From Pirellulales bacterium (lineage in GTDB: Bacteria; Planctomycetota; Planctomycetia; Pirellulales; JAICIG01), in the NCBI GenBank assembly GCA_040901675.1, contig JBBDYJ010000015.1, positions 32,001 to 96,000 on the forward strand: a DNA stretch of 64,000 nt. The letters are read 5' to 3'. A model generated the notes under the pieces. The model had not been told where the DNA came from and ran no database searches. It was given only the letters and a program-made list of their open reading frames with translations. Shown here piece by piece: positions 1-10,803 of this stretch (positions within the stretch are counted from its first letter, which is position 1; each line of letters opens with the position of its first letter). The translations under genes were made by a program, and so were the position numbers.

Positions 1-736
1 CGAGGCCATGCGCGACTATTTTCGCCGCCGCTACAGCCCGCGCAACATTTCCCTGGTGGCCGCCGGCCGCGTCGACTTCGACGACCTGGTCGTGGCGGCC
101 CAGGCTGCTTGCGGGCATTGGGAGGATTTTCAGGCCGCGCGCCTGATCGAGCCGGCCTTGCCCAATCAGGATTTCGAGTGCCTCGTCAAGGAAAGCGCCG
201 CCCAGGAGTATTGCATTCAGCTTGCCAACGGCCCATCGGCCACCGACGCCGACCGCTATGCGGCCAAGATCCTGGCCACGATCCTGGGCGACGACTCGGG
301 CAGCCGGCTTTTCTGGTCGCTGGTCGATAGTGGATTGGCGGAGCACGCCAGCCTGGGCCACTACGACTACGAAGGCACCGGGCTGTACATTACTTACTTG
401 AGCTGCGATCCGGAGCACGCGGCCGGCAACCTGCAGCGCGTGCTCGACATCTATCGCGAGGCCGAAGGCAAAGGCATCACCCGCGCCGAGCTGGAGCAGG
501 CCAAGAACAAGATCAACTCGCGCGTGGTGCTGTCCAGCGAGCGCCCGCGTGGCCGGCTGTTCAACCTCGGCGCCAACTGGACTCACCGCCGGGAATACCG
601 CTCGGTGAAGGACGACCTGGACGCCGTCGACGCCGTCGATCTCGACCAGATCGCCGCCGTGCTCGCCCGGCATCCCCTCACCATCTCCACCACCGTGGCC
701 ATCGGCCCGCTGGCCTCGATTCCACCACCCCGCTAG
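1..736 (+). CDS. M16 family (pitrilysin/insulinase-like) peptidase, C-terminal part; 5' end outside window
   Basis: ORF 8..736 is open to the window edge. Y-S-P-R-N-I-S-L-V-A-A-G and ILGDDSGSRLFWSL..SGLA match the M16 C-terminal domain. Confidence 0.85.
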   Translation, partial: EAMRDYFRRRYSPRNISLVAAGRVDFDDLVVAAQAACGHWEDFQAARLIEPALPNQDFECLVKESAAQEYCIQLANGPSATDADRYAAKILATILGDDSGSRLFWSLVDSGLAEHASLGHYDYEGTGLYITYLSCDPEHAAGNLQRVLDIYREAEGKGITRAELEQAKNKINSRVVLSSERPRGRLFNLGANWTHRREYRSVKDDLDAVDAVDLDQIAAVLARHPLTISTTVAIGPLASIPPPR

Positions 737-752
737 GCATCTGGGCAATCGT

Positions 753-845
753 GGATGGCTGGGGCAAAGCGGCAGCGTGCCCCAATACCAGAGGTCAGAG
801 GTCAGAGCGCCGGGTGGCTGGGGCAAAGCGGTAGCGTGCCCCAGT
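753..845 (+). repeat. Two copies of REP-like family A (GGGTGGCTGGGGCAAAGCG-N3-5-CGTGCCCCAG)
   Basis: Near-identical palindromic ~35-mers also at 8981, 17950, 18004, 18055, 36467, 36555 and 53334 (minus). Confidence 0.85.
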
Positions 846-861
846 CTTCGTCCGTGTTCCC

Positions 862-935
862 GCCTTCTGCCTTCATCCTTCTGCCTTCGCCCTTCATCCT
901 TCTGCCTTCTGCCTTCAGTTTGCTTCTGCCTTCCT
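862..935. repeat. Heptamer tandem repeat (CCTTCTG/CCTTCAT)n
   Basis: Directly visible; reverse complement of the array at 34289-34360. Confidence 0.85.
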
Positions 936-997
936 GCGTGGCTACATTTGACGGCGGAAGAGCTGCACCTGAAATCGAAAAACAGGAACGTCCTCCC

Positions 998-1924
998 ATG
1001 CGCCCCCTCAGCAAGATCAGCGCAGACTGGTGGGACTACACCACCTTGGACCGCCGTATCCTGGATGACGCCGCCAGGCTCTCGGCCGACGACCTGGCGG
1101 GACTGGCCAGGCCCGGTTTCGAGGTGAAGTTCTACGACACGGTCGAAGATTTCTACCTGGCCGAGGCGCTGGAATACATCACGGCCTGGCGCCAGGCGAC
1201 CGAGGCGCAGCCGGCCGGCATCTGCGGGCCGATCGGCCCCACGGAGCAGCTTCCCCTGGTCGCTCGGCTGGTCAACGAGCTGGAACTGGATCTGCGACAC
1301 GCCCATTTCTGGGGCATGGACGAGTGGGTTGTCGATGGCCGCGAAGCGCCCGAGGATTTTCCGCTCAGCTTCGCCCGCACCGACATGGAACTTTGCTTCA
1401 ACCGCATCCGGCCCGACCTGCGAATGCCGCGAGCCAACATTCACTTTCCGAAGGCCGACAGCCGCGAGTACCGCCAGAGCTTCAACCAGGCCCGCTGCAT
1501 CGTGATGCAAGGCGGGCAGGGCGAGGTCAAGCACTGGGCCTTCAACGATCCGCCCAAGCGAGAGGGCAAGTATCGCGACCAGCCTCCTTCGCCGGAGGAG
1601 TATCGCAAGCTGACCACCCGCGTCGTCGATCTGCATCCCATGACGATCATCCAGAACGCCCGCACTTCGGGCGGCGGCGTGGTGACCAACGTGCCCACGC
1701 AGGCCGTGTCGGTCGGCCCGGTGGAAACATGGCAGGCCGAGAAGGTCTCAATCTGGCACGCCGGCTGTCACGACAACCCATTCGGGCTGCGGCTGACGGC
1801 GCTGATGATCTCCAAGCGGATCCCCGATTCGTCGGTGCCCATGTCGCTCTTGGCTGACCATCCGTCGGTGCAGTTCAATTTCCTGCGGTCCGGCATCGGC
1901 ACCTGCGAGCCGGAAATGCACTAA
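998..1924 (+). CDS. Glucosamine-6-phosphate isomerase/deaminase (NagB-like) family protein
   Basis: ATG at 998 with AGGA upstream. Motifs [16 protein letters not shown] and [15 protein letters not shown] resemble the NagB fold. The 755 extension is translated repeat DNA. Confidence 0.75.
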   Translation: MRPLSKISADWWDYTTLDRRILDDAARLSADDLAGLARPGFEVKFYDTVEDFYLAEALEYITAWRQATEAQPAGICGPIGPTEQLPLVARLVNELELDLRHAHFWGMDEWVVDGREAPEDFPLSFARTDMELCFNRIRPDLRMPRANIHFPKADSREYRQSFNQARCIVMQGGQGEVKHWAFNDPPKREGKYRDQPPSPEEYRKLTTRVVDLHPMTIIQNARTSGGGVVTNVPTQAVSVGPVETWQAEKVSIWHAGCHDNPFGLRLTALMISKRIPDSSVPMSLLADHPSVQFNFLRSGIGTCEPEMH

Positions 1925-1925
1925 C

Positions 1926-2699
1926 ATGCCCGATCGAGCATTCGCGGTCGCCGCACATCCGGACGACATCGAGTTCGTGATGGCCGGCACGCTGATTCAC
2001 TTGCGCGAGGCGGGCCACGAGATCCACTACATGAACCTCGCCAACGGCTGCTGCGGCTCGACCCAGCACGACCGGGCCACGGTGGCCCGCATCCGCCGCG
2101 ACGAAGCCATGGAGGCCTGCCGCAGAATCGGCGCGGTGTTTCATGAGAGCCTGGCGAACGACCTGGAGATCTTCTACGACAAGCCCACGCTGGCCCGGCT
2201 GGCCTCGGTGATGCGCGAGGTGGCGCCTCGGATTCTGCTGATCCACGCGCCGGCCGACTACATGGAAGACCACACCAATGCCTGCCGGCTGGCGGTCACG
2301 GCCGCCTTTTGCCGCGGCATGCCGAACTTTCCCGTCGATCCGCCACGGCCCACGGTCGACCAGCCAGTGACGCTGTACCATGCCCAGCCGCACGGCAATC
2401 GCACGCCGCTGGGCGAGTTGGTCCGGCCGGGCCTGTTTGTCGACGTCACCGATTGCCTGGACGGGAAGGCCCATATGCTGGCCGCTCATCAAAGCCAGAA
2501 ACAGTGGCTCGACGAGAGCCAGGGGCTCGACTCGTACATCCAGGCCATGCGCGACCTGGGCCGCGAGGTCGGCCGCATGTCGGGCCGCTACGAATACGCC
2601 GAGGGCTGGCGCCGCCACCTGCACCTGGGCTTTTGCGGCCCCGACGACGACCCCCTCTCCGCCGCGCTGCCGGCATACTCGTTCGTCGCCGGGCAATAG
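1926..2699 (+). CDS. PIG-L/LmbE family deacetylase
   Basis: AHPDDIE metal motif, RRDEA, EDH, AHQSQ. Confidence 0.9.
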   Translation: MPDRAFAVAAHPDDIEFVMAGTLIHLREAGHEIHYMNLANGCCGSTQHDRATVARIRRDEAMEACRRIGAVFHESLANDLEIFYDKPTLARLASVMREVAPRILLIHAPADYMEDHTNACRLAVTAAFCRGMPNFPVDPPRPTVDQPVTLYHAQPHGNRTPLGELVRPGLFVDVTDCLDGKAHMLAAHQSQKQWLDESQGLDSYIQAMRDLGREVGRMSGRYEYAEGWRRHLHLGFCGPDDDPLSAALPAYSFVAGQ

Positions 2700-2709
2700 T
2701 GCGCATGCC

Positions 2710-2937
2710 ATGTCAACACCTGCGGATTTTGACCCCGATCGAGCTCGCGCGATTCTGCGGCTGGAATTCTCCGAAGCCCAAAACGAGCGCATGCGCGAGT
2801 TGGCCGACAAACACAACCGCGGGTTGCTCTCGCCGGACGAGCTCCAGGAGATGGAGAGTTTCCGCCGAGTGGGAAACTTGCTTGCGCTTATCCAAGCCAA
2901 GGCTCGCCTGTGGCTCAAGAATGACGAGCAACTCTGA
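2710..2937 (+). CDS. Small hypothetical protein (MSTPADFDPD..., 75 aa), possible orphan antitoxin-like protein
   Basis: Helical pattern RMRELADKHNRGLLSPDE...LLALIQAKARL resembles a recurrent small planctomycete protein family; function is inferred. Confidence 0.6.
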   Translation: MSTPADFDPDRARAILRLEFSEAQNERMRELADKHNRGLLSPDELQEMESFRRVGNLLALIQAKARLWLKNDEQL

Positions 2938-3082
2938 GCTCTCTGTACCCACTGGACCAGTTGCGGGATGCTCGCGGTTGGATAAGATGGGCATCTTTGA
3001 TTAATCCTTCACCGACGACGGTCGCGCCTATAATGCCGTACGGCGTCGAGCAGGCCAATCCACAGGCAGTCTCTGAAATCCC

Positions 3083-4513
3083 ATGCACACGCAACTGGCC
3101 GTTCTTGGGGGTGGACCGGGCGGCTATGCTGCCGCCTTCCTGGCGGCCGACCTGGGCATGGAAGTGGTCCTCATCGAAAACGAGCCACGCCTGGGAGGCA
3201 CCTGCCTGCTCAAAGGCTGCATCCCCTCCAAGGCGCTGTTGCACGTGGCCAAGGTCATCAGCGAAACCCGCGAAATGACCGACTGGGGCGTTGTCTTCGG
3301 CAAGCCCATGCTCGACGTCGATGCCATGCGGGCCCGCAAGGAAAAGGTGATCCAGACCCTTGCCGGCGGCCTCAAGCAGGTCGCCAAGCAGCGCAAGGTG
3401 CGGGTGGTCCAGGCCCGCGGCGTCTTCGAAGACTCGCAAACACTGCGGCTGGAAGGGGGCGACGCGGCCGGCCGCGATGGCGATCGCTTGACCTACGAGC
3501 ACTGCATCCTGGCCACCGGCAGCCTTCCCGCAAAAATCGCCGCCTTCGATCTGCCGACCGACCGCGTGATGGACTCGACCACGGCTCTGGAACTGCCCGA
3601 CATACCCGAAAGCCTGCTCGTAGTCGGCGGCGGCTACATCGGGCTGGAAATGGGCACCGTCTATGCCGAGCTGGGGACCAAGGTCACCGTCGTCGAGCTC
3701 ACCGGCGGCCTGCTGCCCGGCGCCGACCGCGACCTGGTCAAGCCCTTGCACGCCCGGCTCAAGCACCTGTTTGAGGCGATCTTGCTCGACACCAAGGTCG
3801 AGTCGCTCGCCGACAAGGGAAGCGAGATCGAAGTGCTCTTCAAAGGGCCCGACGGCTCACGCCGCCAGCGGTTCAGCCGCGTGCTGGTTTCGGTCGGCCG
3901 CCGCCCGAACAGCGGTGGAATCGGTTTGGAGAACACCAAGGTGAAACTCGACCAGCGGGGTTTCGTCCTCATCGACCGGCAGCAGCGCACCGACGATCCG
4001 CACATCCTGGCCATCGGCGACGTGGCGGGCGAACCGATGCTGGCCCACAAGGCAACGCACGAAGGCAAAGTGGCCGTCGAGGCCTTGCACGGCGGCACCG
4101 CCCAGTTCGATGCACTTGCTATCCCGGCTGTCGTCTTCACCGACCCCGAACTGGCCTGGGCGGGCCTCACCGAGGAGCAAGCCAAGAGCGAGGGTCGCGA
4201 GGTGGAAGTGGCCCGCTATCCTTGGGCCGCCAGCGGCCGGGCCCAATCGCTGGGACGGACCGAAGGCCTGACCAAGCTGGTCGTCGATCCGGCGACCGAA
4301 CGGGTGTTGGGCATCGGACTGGTAGGTCCCGGCGCCGGCGAGCTGGTTGCCGAAGGCGTTCTGGCGATCGAGATGGGCTGCACCGTCCGCGACATGACCG
4401 AGTCGATCCATCCCCACCCCACGCTCAGCGAGACGCTGGGGGCGGCCGGCGAGGTCTATCTGGGCGTGGCTACCGATCTTTACAAGCCGAGACGCGCTGG
4501 GCAGCATGCCTGA
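3083..4513 (+). CDS. lpdA: Dihydrolipoyl dehydrogenase (E3)
   Basis: GGGPGGY FAD motif, GGTCLLKGCIPSK redox disulfide, HPHPTLSE. Confidence 0.97.
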   Translation: MHTQLAVLGGGPGGYAAAFLAADLGMEVVLIENEPRLGGTCLLKGCIPSKALLHVAKVISETREMTDWGVVFGKPMLDVDAMRARKEKVIQTLAGGLKQVAKQRKVRVVQARGVFEDSQTLRLEGGDAAGRDGDRLTYEHCILATGSLPAKIAAFDLPTDRVMDSTTALELPDIPESLLVVGGGYIGLEMGTVYAELGTKVTVVELTGGLLPGADRDLVKPLHARLKHLFEAILLDTKVESLADKGSEIEVLFKGPDGSRRQRFSRVLVSVGRRPNSGGIGLENTKVKLDQRGFVLIDRQQRTDDPHILAIGDVAGEPMLAHKATHEGKVAVEALHGGTAQFDALAIPAVVFTDPELAWAGLTEEQAKSEGREVEVARYPWAASGRAQSLGRTEGLTKLVVDPATERVLGIGLVGPGAGELVAEGVLAIEMGCTVRDMTESIHPHPTLSETLGAAGEVYLGVATDLYKPRRAGQHA

Positions 4514-4778
4514 ATATGCGGCGGTGGTGGTCGGCCCTTGCACTTTACGACCGGCCGGCAATCGTGAATAATACCTGGCAACGAAATCTAGCGCAAGCCG
4601 CCGTGCTGCAAAGGTTTTCGATCGTTCCAGCCGCACTCGCCTCCCCCCGACAGATGCCGCCGGCTCGCTGCCGGTGGCCGGAAGGCGTTGGCTTGCCAGC
4701 CAAGCCTGGTTCGCTACGAACAGCGGCCGGCGGCCCTTAAATTGCAATACACTGCCGAAACTCCAGGGAGCTTCCTCG

Positions 4779-7460
4779 ATGGCCCAGGCTGAAACCATTT
4801 CCGTCAGCGGCGATACCGATCCGGCCGAAACGGCGGAATGGCTGGAGTCGCTCGAGTATGTCCTGGAAGCCAAGGGACCCGACCGGGTCAAATACCTGCT
4901 GGCGATGCTCGACAAGACGGCCTTCCGCCACGGCGTCGAGCCGCCGTTCGCCATCAACACGCCGTACATCAATACGATCCCGGTCGATCAGCAGCCCCCC
5001 TATCCGGGCAGCCGCGAGATCGAGCGGCGAATCAAGAGCATCATCCGCTGGAACGCCATGGCCATGGTGGTGCGGGCCAACCGCGAGCAGCACGGCATCG
5101 GCGGACACATTTCGACCTATGCCTCGGCCGCCACGCTCTACGAAGTGGCCTTCCACCACTTCTTCCGCGGCAAGGCGAACGACTACTCCGGCGACCAGAT
5201 TTATTTCCAGGGGCACGCCTCGCCCGGCATTTACGCGCGGGCCTTTCTCGAAGGGCGCCTCACCGAGCAGCAGCTCGTCAACTTCCGCCAGGAGCTGGCC
5301 GAAGGAGGAGGGCTGTCCAGCTACCCGCATCCCTGGCTGATGCCTGCCTTCTGGGAGTTTCCGACCGTGTCGATGGGTCTGGCGCCGATCATGGCCATCT
5401 ACCAGGCCCGCTTCAACAAGTACCTGGCCGACCGCGGCATCAAGGACACCAGCGGCCAGCACGTCTGGGCCTTCATCGGCGACGGCGAGTGCGACGAGCC
5501 GGAAACCCTGGGCGCCATCACGCTCGCCTCGCGCGAAAAGCTCGACAACCTGATCTTTGTCATCAACTGCAACTTGCAGCGGCTCGACGGTCCGGTCCGC
5601 GGAAACGGCAAGATCATCCAGGAGCTGGAGGGCATCTTCCGCGGCGCCGGTTGGAACGTGATCAAGGTCATCTGGGGCGACGACTGGGACCCGCTCTTGG
5701 CCCAGGACAAGAACGGCCTGCTGGTGCAGCGGATGGGCGAAGTCGTCGACGGCGAGTACCAGAAGTACACCGTCATGCCCGGCAGCTACATCCGCGAAAA
5801 CTTCTTCGGCAAGTATCCGGAGCTCGAAGAGATGGTCAGCCATCTCTCCGACGAAAAGCTGAAGAAGATGCGCCGCGGCGGCCACGACCCGGAAAAAGTC
5901 TACGCCGCATACAAGGCCGCCTTCGAAAGCCAGGGCCGGCCGACCGTCATCCTGGCCAAGACCATCAAGGGCTACGGGCTGGGCGAGGCGGGCGAGGGCC
6001 GCAACGTCACCCACCAGAAGAAAGAGTACAACGAGGCCGAGCTGCGCGAGTTCCGCAGCCGCTTCGGCATCCCCATCTCGGACGAGGAAGTGGCCAAGGC
6101 GCCGTTCTACCGGCTGCCCGACGACAGCGCCGAGATGCGGTACCTGCGGGCGCGCCGCGAGGAGCTGGGCGGCTACGTGCCCAGCCGCGTGGTCGAGGCG
6201 CCGCGGATCGAGGTGCCCCGGCTCGACCAGTTCGCCGAGTCGCTCACCAGCAGCGGCGAGCGCGAGGTCTCCACCACGATGGCCTTCGTCAAGCACTTCA
6301 GCCGCTTGCTCAAGAACAAGGCGATCGGCAAGTACATCGTGCCCATCGTCCCCGACGAGTCGCGCACGTTCGGCATGGAGCCGCTCTTCCGGCAGTGCGG
6401 CATCTATGCCCACACCGGCCAGTTGTACGAGCCGGTCGATTCCGAATTGCTCTTGTACTACCGCGAGGCCAAAGACGGCCAGATCCTGGAAGAAGGCATC
6501 ACCGAGGCTGGATCGATGTCGTCGTTTATCGCGGCCGGCACCGCCTATTCCACGCATGGGATCAACATGCTCCCCTTTTTCATCTTCTATTCGATGTTCG
6601 GCTTCCAGCGGATCGGCGACCTGATCTGGGCCGCCGCCGATGCCCGCACCAAGGGCTTCCTGCTGGGCGGCACCGCCGGCCGCACCACGCTCAACGGCGA
6701 AGGCCTGCAGCACCAGGATGGCCACAGCCACCTGTTCGCCTCGGCCTTTCCCACGGTGCGTTCGTACGATCCGGCCTACGCCTACGAAACGGCCGTGATC
6801 GTCATGGACGGCTTGCGGCGGATGTACGAGGACCTCGAAGACTGCATGTACTACATCACGCTGCACAACGAAAACTACCTGATGCCCGCCATGCCCGAAG
6901 GCGTCGAGGAAGGCATCGTCCAGGGCATCTACCAGGTGGCCTCGGTCGATGCCGGGTCGAAGCGGCCGCGGGTGCAACTGTTCGGCTCGGGCGCCATCCT
7001 CCGCGAGGCCTTGCGGGCGCAGAAGATCCTGGCCGAGAAGTACCAGGTCTCCAGCACCGCCTGGAGCGTCACCAGCTACACGCAGCTCAGCCGCGACGCC
7101 CGGGCCGCCGAGCGCTGGAACCTGCTGCACCCGGGCGAAAAACCGCGGCAGGCCTACATCCAGCAGGTTCTGGCCGGGCACGACGAGCCCGTGATTGCCA
7201 GCTCCGACAACGTGCGTGCCGTCGCCGAGCAGGTCGCCCCCTGGATCCCCGGCGGCCTGACGGCCCTGGGCACCGATGGCCTGGGCCGCAGCGACCTGCG
7301 CAGCCGCCTCCGCCGCCACTTCGAGGTGGACGCGGAGACCATCGTGCTGGCCGCGCTGGACCGCCTGGCGGACCAGGGACAGATCGAGCAGAAAATGGTC
7401 GCCCGCGCCATTGGCGAGCTGGGAATCGACCCGGACAAGATCGATCCGATGAAGGCCTGA
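4779..7460 (+). CDS. aceE: Pyruvate dehydrogenase E1, homodimeric type
   Basis: GGHISTYAS, SSYPHP, PTVSMGL, GDGECDEPE (TPP binding), EGLQHQDGHS. Confidence 0.97.
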   Translation: MAQAETISVSGDTDPAETAEWLESLEYVLEAKGPDRVKYLLAMLDKTAFRHGVEPPFAINTPYINTIPVDQQPPYPGSREIERRIKSIIRWNAMAMVVRANREQHGIGGHISTYASAATLYEVAFHHFFRGKANDYSGDQIYFQGHASPGIYARAFLEGRLTEQQLVNFRQELAEGGGLSSYPHPWLMPAFWEFPTVSMGLAPIMAIYQARFNKYLADRGIKDTSGQHVWAFIGDGECDEPETLGAITLASREKLDNLIFVINCNLQRLDGPVRGNGKIIQELEGIFRGAGWNVIKVIWGDDWDPLLAQDKNGLLVQRMGEVVDGEYQKYTVMPGSYIRENFFGKYPELEEMVSHLSDEKLKKMRRGGHDPEKVYAAYKAAFESQGRPTVILAKTIKGYGLGEAGEGRNVTHQKKEYNEAELREFRSRFGIPISDEEVAKAPFYRLPDDSAEMRYLRARREELGGYVPSRVVEAPRIEVPRLDQFAESLTSSGEREVSTTMAFVKHFSRLLKNKAIGKYIVPIVPDESRTFGMEPLFRQCGIYAHTGQLYEPVDSELLLYYREAKDGQILEEGITEAGSMSSFIAAGTAYSTHGINMLPFFIFYSMFGFQRIGDLIWAAADARTKGFLLGGTAGRTTLNGEGLQHQDGHSHLFASAFPTVRSYDPAYAYETAVIVMDGLRRMYEDLEDCMYYITLHNENYLMPAMPEGVEEGIVQGIYQVASVDAGSKRPRVQLFGSGAILREALRAQKILAEKYQVSSTAWSVTSYTQLSRDARAAERWNLLHPGEKPRQAYIQQVLAGHDEPVIASSDNVRAVAEQVAPWIPGGLTALGTDGLGRSDLRSRLRRHFEVDAETIVLAALDRLADQGQIEQKMVARAIGELGIDPDKIDPMKA

Positions 7461-7485
7461 CGCACAAAAAGGGAAACAGCCAACG

Positions 7486-8922
7486 ATGGCCATCGAATTC
7501 AAGCTGCCCGACCTCGGTGAAGGGATCGACTCCGGCGACATCGTCAGTGTGCTGGTGAGCGAAGGGGACGAGATCGAGGCCGATCAACCCGTGCTCGAAG
7601 TCGAGACCGGCAAGGCCACCGTCGAGCTCCCCTCGCCGCATGCCGGCCGCGTGACCAAGATCCACGTCAAGCCCGGCGAAAGCGTGCAGGTCGGCGGCCT
7701 GCTGATGTCGATCGACGCGGGCGCCCAAGCCGCCGAGCCGTCCGCCAAGAAGAAGCCATCCGCAGGCAAGGCCGAGACCAAACCGGGCAAACCCGCCACG
7801 CCGGCCAAGCCAACCGAGCCGCGCAAATCTGACGCGGACGAGGAGCCCCAGGCCGAGGACGAGCCGGACCGCGAAGGCAATGCCCAGCCGGCCGCTAAAC
7901 CCAAATCGAAAACCGCGGCCAAAGCGCCGCGCAAAGACGATGAGCAGGCCCGGCCCGCGGCCGAATCGTCCAACGGCGGCCCCGCGCGAACCGCTGCGCC
8001 GGAAAAACCGGCCGAGTCGGCAGTCGCCGCGCCGGCCGGCCCATCTACCCGCCGCCTGGCGCGCGAGCTGGGCGTCGATCTGGCCCGCGTCGCCGGCACC
8101 GGACCGCACGGCCGCATCACGGAGGACGACGTCAAGAAGGCCGTCCGGCAATCGGCGGCGGCCACGGCGCCGGCCAAGAAGGCGTTGCCGGGCGCCGTGC
8201 CGGGTCGGGACAACTGGGGGAGCATCCAGACCCAGCCGCTGTCCCGGATTCGCCGCACCATCGCCAAGAACATGGCCCGCTCGGCTTCCACGATTCCGCA
8301 CGTCACCAACTTCGACGACGCCGACATCACCGAGCTGGAACGGATCCGCAAGGGGAGCATGGCCGACAACGTCGGAGACGAAGTCAAGCTGACGATGATG
8401 GCCTTCGTGATCAAGGCGGTGGCGGCCTCGCTCAAGCTGCACCCGGTGATCAATGCCTCGCTCGACCTGGACAACGGCCAGGTGATCTACAAGGACTACG
8501 TCCACGTCGGCGTGGCGGTCGATACCGAGCGAGGCCTGGTGGTGCCCGTGATGCGCGACGTCGACCGCTTGACGATCCCGCAGATTGCCCAGTCGCTCAC
8601 CGAGATGGCCGAGAAGGCCCGCGCCAACCAGATTAGCGTGGAAGACATGCGTGGCGGCACTTTCACGATCAGCAACCTGGGTGCGATCGGCGGCACGTAT
8701 TCCACGCCGATCATCAACTATCCCGAGGTGGCCGTCCTGCTTCTGGGCCGCAGCCGCAAGCTGCCCGTGGTGGTCGATGACGACGACATCCAGGTTCGTC
8801 TGATGATGCCCTTGAGCCTGTCGTACGACCACCGTCTCGTCGACGGCGCCGCCGCCGCCCGTTTTCTGAACGAGATCAAGACCTTCCTGCAGGTTCCCGG
8901 CCGCCTGCTATTGGCCACCTAG
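7486..8922 (+). CDS. aceF: Dihydrolipoamide acetyltransferase (E2), single lipoyl domain
   Basis: ETGKA lipoyl lysine, AGPSTRRLARE E3-binding domain, SYDHRLVDG catalytic motif. Confidence 0.95.
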   Translation: MAIEFKLPDLGEGIDSGDIVSVLVSEGDEIEADQPVLEVETGKATVELPSPHAGRVTKIHVKPGESVQVGGLLMSIDAGAQAAEPSAKKKPSAGKAETKPGKPATPAKPTEPRKSDADEEPQAEDEPDREGNAQPAAKPKSKTAAKAPRKDDEQARPAAESSNGGPARTAAPEKPAESAVAAPAGPSTRRLARELGVDLARVAGTGPHGRITEDDVKKAVRQSAAATAPAKKALPGAVPGRDNWGSIQTQPLSRIRRTIAKNMARSASTIPHVTNFDDADITELERIRKGSMADNVGDEVKLTMMAFVIKAVAASLKLHPVINASLDLDNGQVIYKDYVHVGVAVDTERGLVVPVMRDVDRLTIPQIAQSLTEMAEKARANQISVEDMRGGTFTISNLGAIGGTYSTPIINYPEVAVLLLGRSRKLPVVVDDDDIQVRLMMPLSLSYDHRLVDGAAAARFLNEIKTFLQVPGRLLLAT

Positions 8923-9118
8923 TTCGTCGTGATCCCGATTTATTGGGACGTCCTGCATGGCTTAAGCTCAACCGCCTAGCGGGTGGCTGGGGCAAAGCGT
9001 TAGCGTGCCCCAGTGGTTCGTAGTGACCCGATTCATCGGCTCCATTGCTAGTCCGTTCGTAGTGACCCGATTCATCGGGTCCGTTGCTCGTGTCCGTTCG
9101 TAGTGCCGCTGATCCTAT
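8923..9118 (+). repeat. Cluster of REP-like family B (TTCGTAGTGACCCGATTCATCGGGTC) with one family A copy
   Basis: GTAG-anchored palindromes at ~8923, 9017, 9056 and 9097; the family recurs at 21301, 22145 and 22178. Confidence 0.8.
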
Positions 9119-9424
9119 CCCCTTTTTTCAGCCGCGGCGCGATCTCGTTCAACGAAGGCTTAGCCGCTTCCACCTTTTCGCCAAGCAAAGTAATCGAAGA
9201 GGAGGCGCGACCCACCAAAGTGTGCGGCGAACTGCCGGAATAGCCGCTGGTCAAGCAGCAGGCACTCAACTTGCCCCCGCGCCTGATGATCGGCGAGCGC
9301 TTGCGCTAAGTGTCGATGTCCGACGTGCCTGGGGGACCCGTCCGCCGAGGAAAGAGGACGACGTGAGCGTGAAGCGGGCGTCTCGGCAGGCTTGACCTGG
9401 AGCGCGTGAAAAAGGGGACGTGAA

Positions 9425-9538
9425 AAAAGGGGATAAGTCCAATTGTTTGGGTCACGTAGCGTAGTGTGAGGCACCTGCGTCTTGTGCACTAGGTGCCGCA
9501 GGTCCGATATTGGACTTATCCCAGACTTATCCCCTTTT
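9425..9538. repeat. Inverted repeat element AAAAGGGGATAAGTCCAAT ... ATTGGACTTATCCC (MITE/REP-like)
   Basis: Arms at ~9425-9443 and ~9508-9538, with a duplicated GACTTATCCC. Confidence 0.6.
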
Positions 9539-9771
9539 ATTTAAGCGATGTCCGACGTTCCTGTCCGCGGAGGATGGTGGACAACGTGGAGTGGAGCGTG
9601 CCTCTCGAAAGGCTCGTGGCAGCTCGAGCTCGCCGAGACATGGGGCGTGGCAGCAGCAACGGCTGGCCCGAAGCGGCTTGAATTCGCGCCGGCCCCTGGA
9701 CTTTGCACTCGGATTCCTGTTTTCTGGCCCTCTGGACTCCGGCCTCCAATCCCTGGTCTGTTGAACGAATC

Positions 9772-10686
9772 ATGAGCGAGCGAAGCGAGTACTGCCGTTC
9801 GGCCTGGAGGCTCTCGACAGGCGGCCTGCTGCTCCTGGACAAGCCCGCCGGCCCTACGTCGCGCCGTGTCGTCGACCAGGTGCAGCGGCTGGTGCGGCCG
9901 GCGAAGGTGGGACACGCCGGCACGCTCGATCCGCTGGCCTGCGGCCTGCTCGTGCTGTGTGTCGGACCCGCCACGCGATTGATCGACTACGTGCAGCGGA
10001 TGCCGAAGCGATACCTGGCAACCTTCTTGCTGGGCCGATACAGCCCCACGGAGGACGTTGAGAGCGAAGTAACGCTGCTGGAGCACGCGCCGGAGCCGGG
10101 GCTGGATGAAGTCCGCCGTGCCGCGGATCAGCTTGTGGGTTGCATCCAGCAGCGGCCATCGGCTTTTTCGGCCTTGAAAGTGGAAGGGCGGCGGGCTTAC
10201 GACCTGGCCCGGCAGGGCAAGCCGGCCGACCTTTCGCCCCGGCCCGTCGAAGTCCATGGGATTGAAGTCCTGCGGTACGAGTACCCAGAGCTGGTGCTCG
10301 ACGTGCACTGCGGCAAGGGGACATATATCCGCGCGCTGGGCCGCGACCTGGCCGAGTCGTTGGGCACCGCGGCCGTGATGTCCGAGCTGGTGCGAACGGC
10401 GATCGGCCGTTTCGACCTGGCTGGCGCATGCCGCCCCGATGAGCTTTCTGCCGAAACGCTGCCGCAGCGGCTGTTGCCCGCGCGTTCGGCGGTAGAAGAC
10501 CTGCCCACCGTTCAGCTTTCCGCGGCCGAGTTGAAGCGGGTGATGAACGGCTTGCCGATCGACCGAGTCGTAGAAGGTGCGCCCGCGGAATTAGCCGCCC
10601 TGGATCCCGATGGCTGCCTGGTCAGCATTCTCAAGCCCCGCGGCCCCGCTCAACTGACGCCGCTGCTCAACCTGCGCAGCTTGTAG
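9772..10686 (+). CDS. truB: tRNA pseudouridine(55) synthase
   Basis: LLLDKPAGPTS, KVGHAGTLDPLA, GKGTYIRALGRDL. Confidence 0.96.
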   Translation: MSERSEYCRSAWRLSTGGLLLLDKPAGPTSRRVVDQVQRLVRPAKVGHAGTLDPLACGLLVLCVGPATRLIDYVQRMPKRYLATFLLGRYSPTEDVESEVTLLEHAPEPGLDEVRRAADQLVGCIQQRPSAFSALKVEGRRAYDLARQGKPADLSPRPVEVHGIEVLRYEYPELVLDVHCGKGTYIRALGRDLAESLGTAAVMSELVRTAIGRFDLAGACRPDELSAETLPQRLLPARSAVEDLPTVQLSAAELKRVMNGLPIDRVVEGAPAELAALDPDGCLVSILKPRGPAQLTPLLNLRSL

Positions 10687-10803
10687 CTTCGTCTGCAAGG
10701 TGAAGAGGCAGGACCGGCACATCGACACGGTGACCTACGATCTCAAGCTCGCCGGCTTCGGCCGCGACGCAAAGTCGCAAATGGCCGGTTACGAGTAGCC
10801 AAA

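Noticed and set aside
4737..7558. Very long antisense and alternate-frame ORFs (934 aa, 906 aa; likewise 18165-21236 and 22453-25074)
   Set aside because: Shadow ORFs of aceE, valS and lysC caused by high-GC codon bias; no recognisable motifs.
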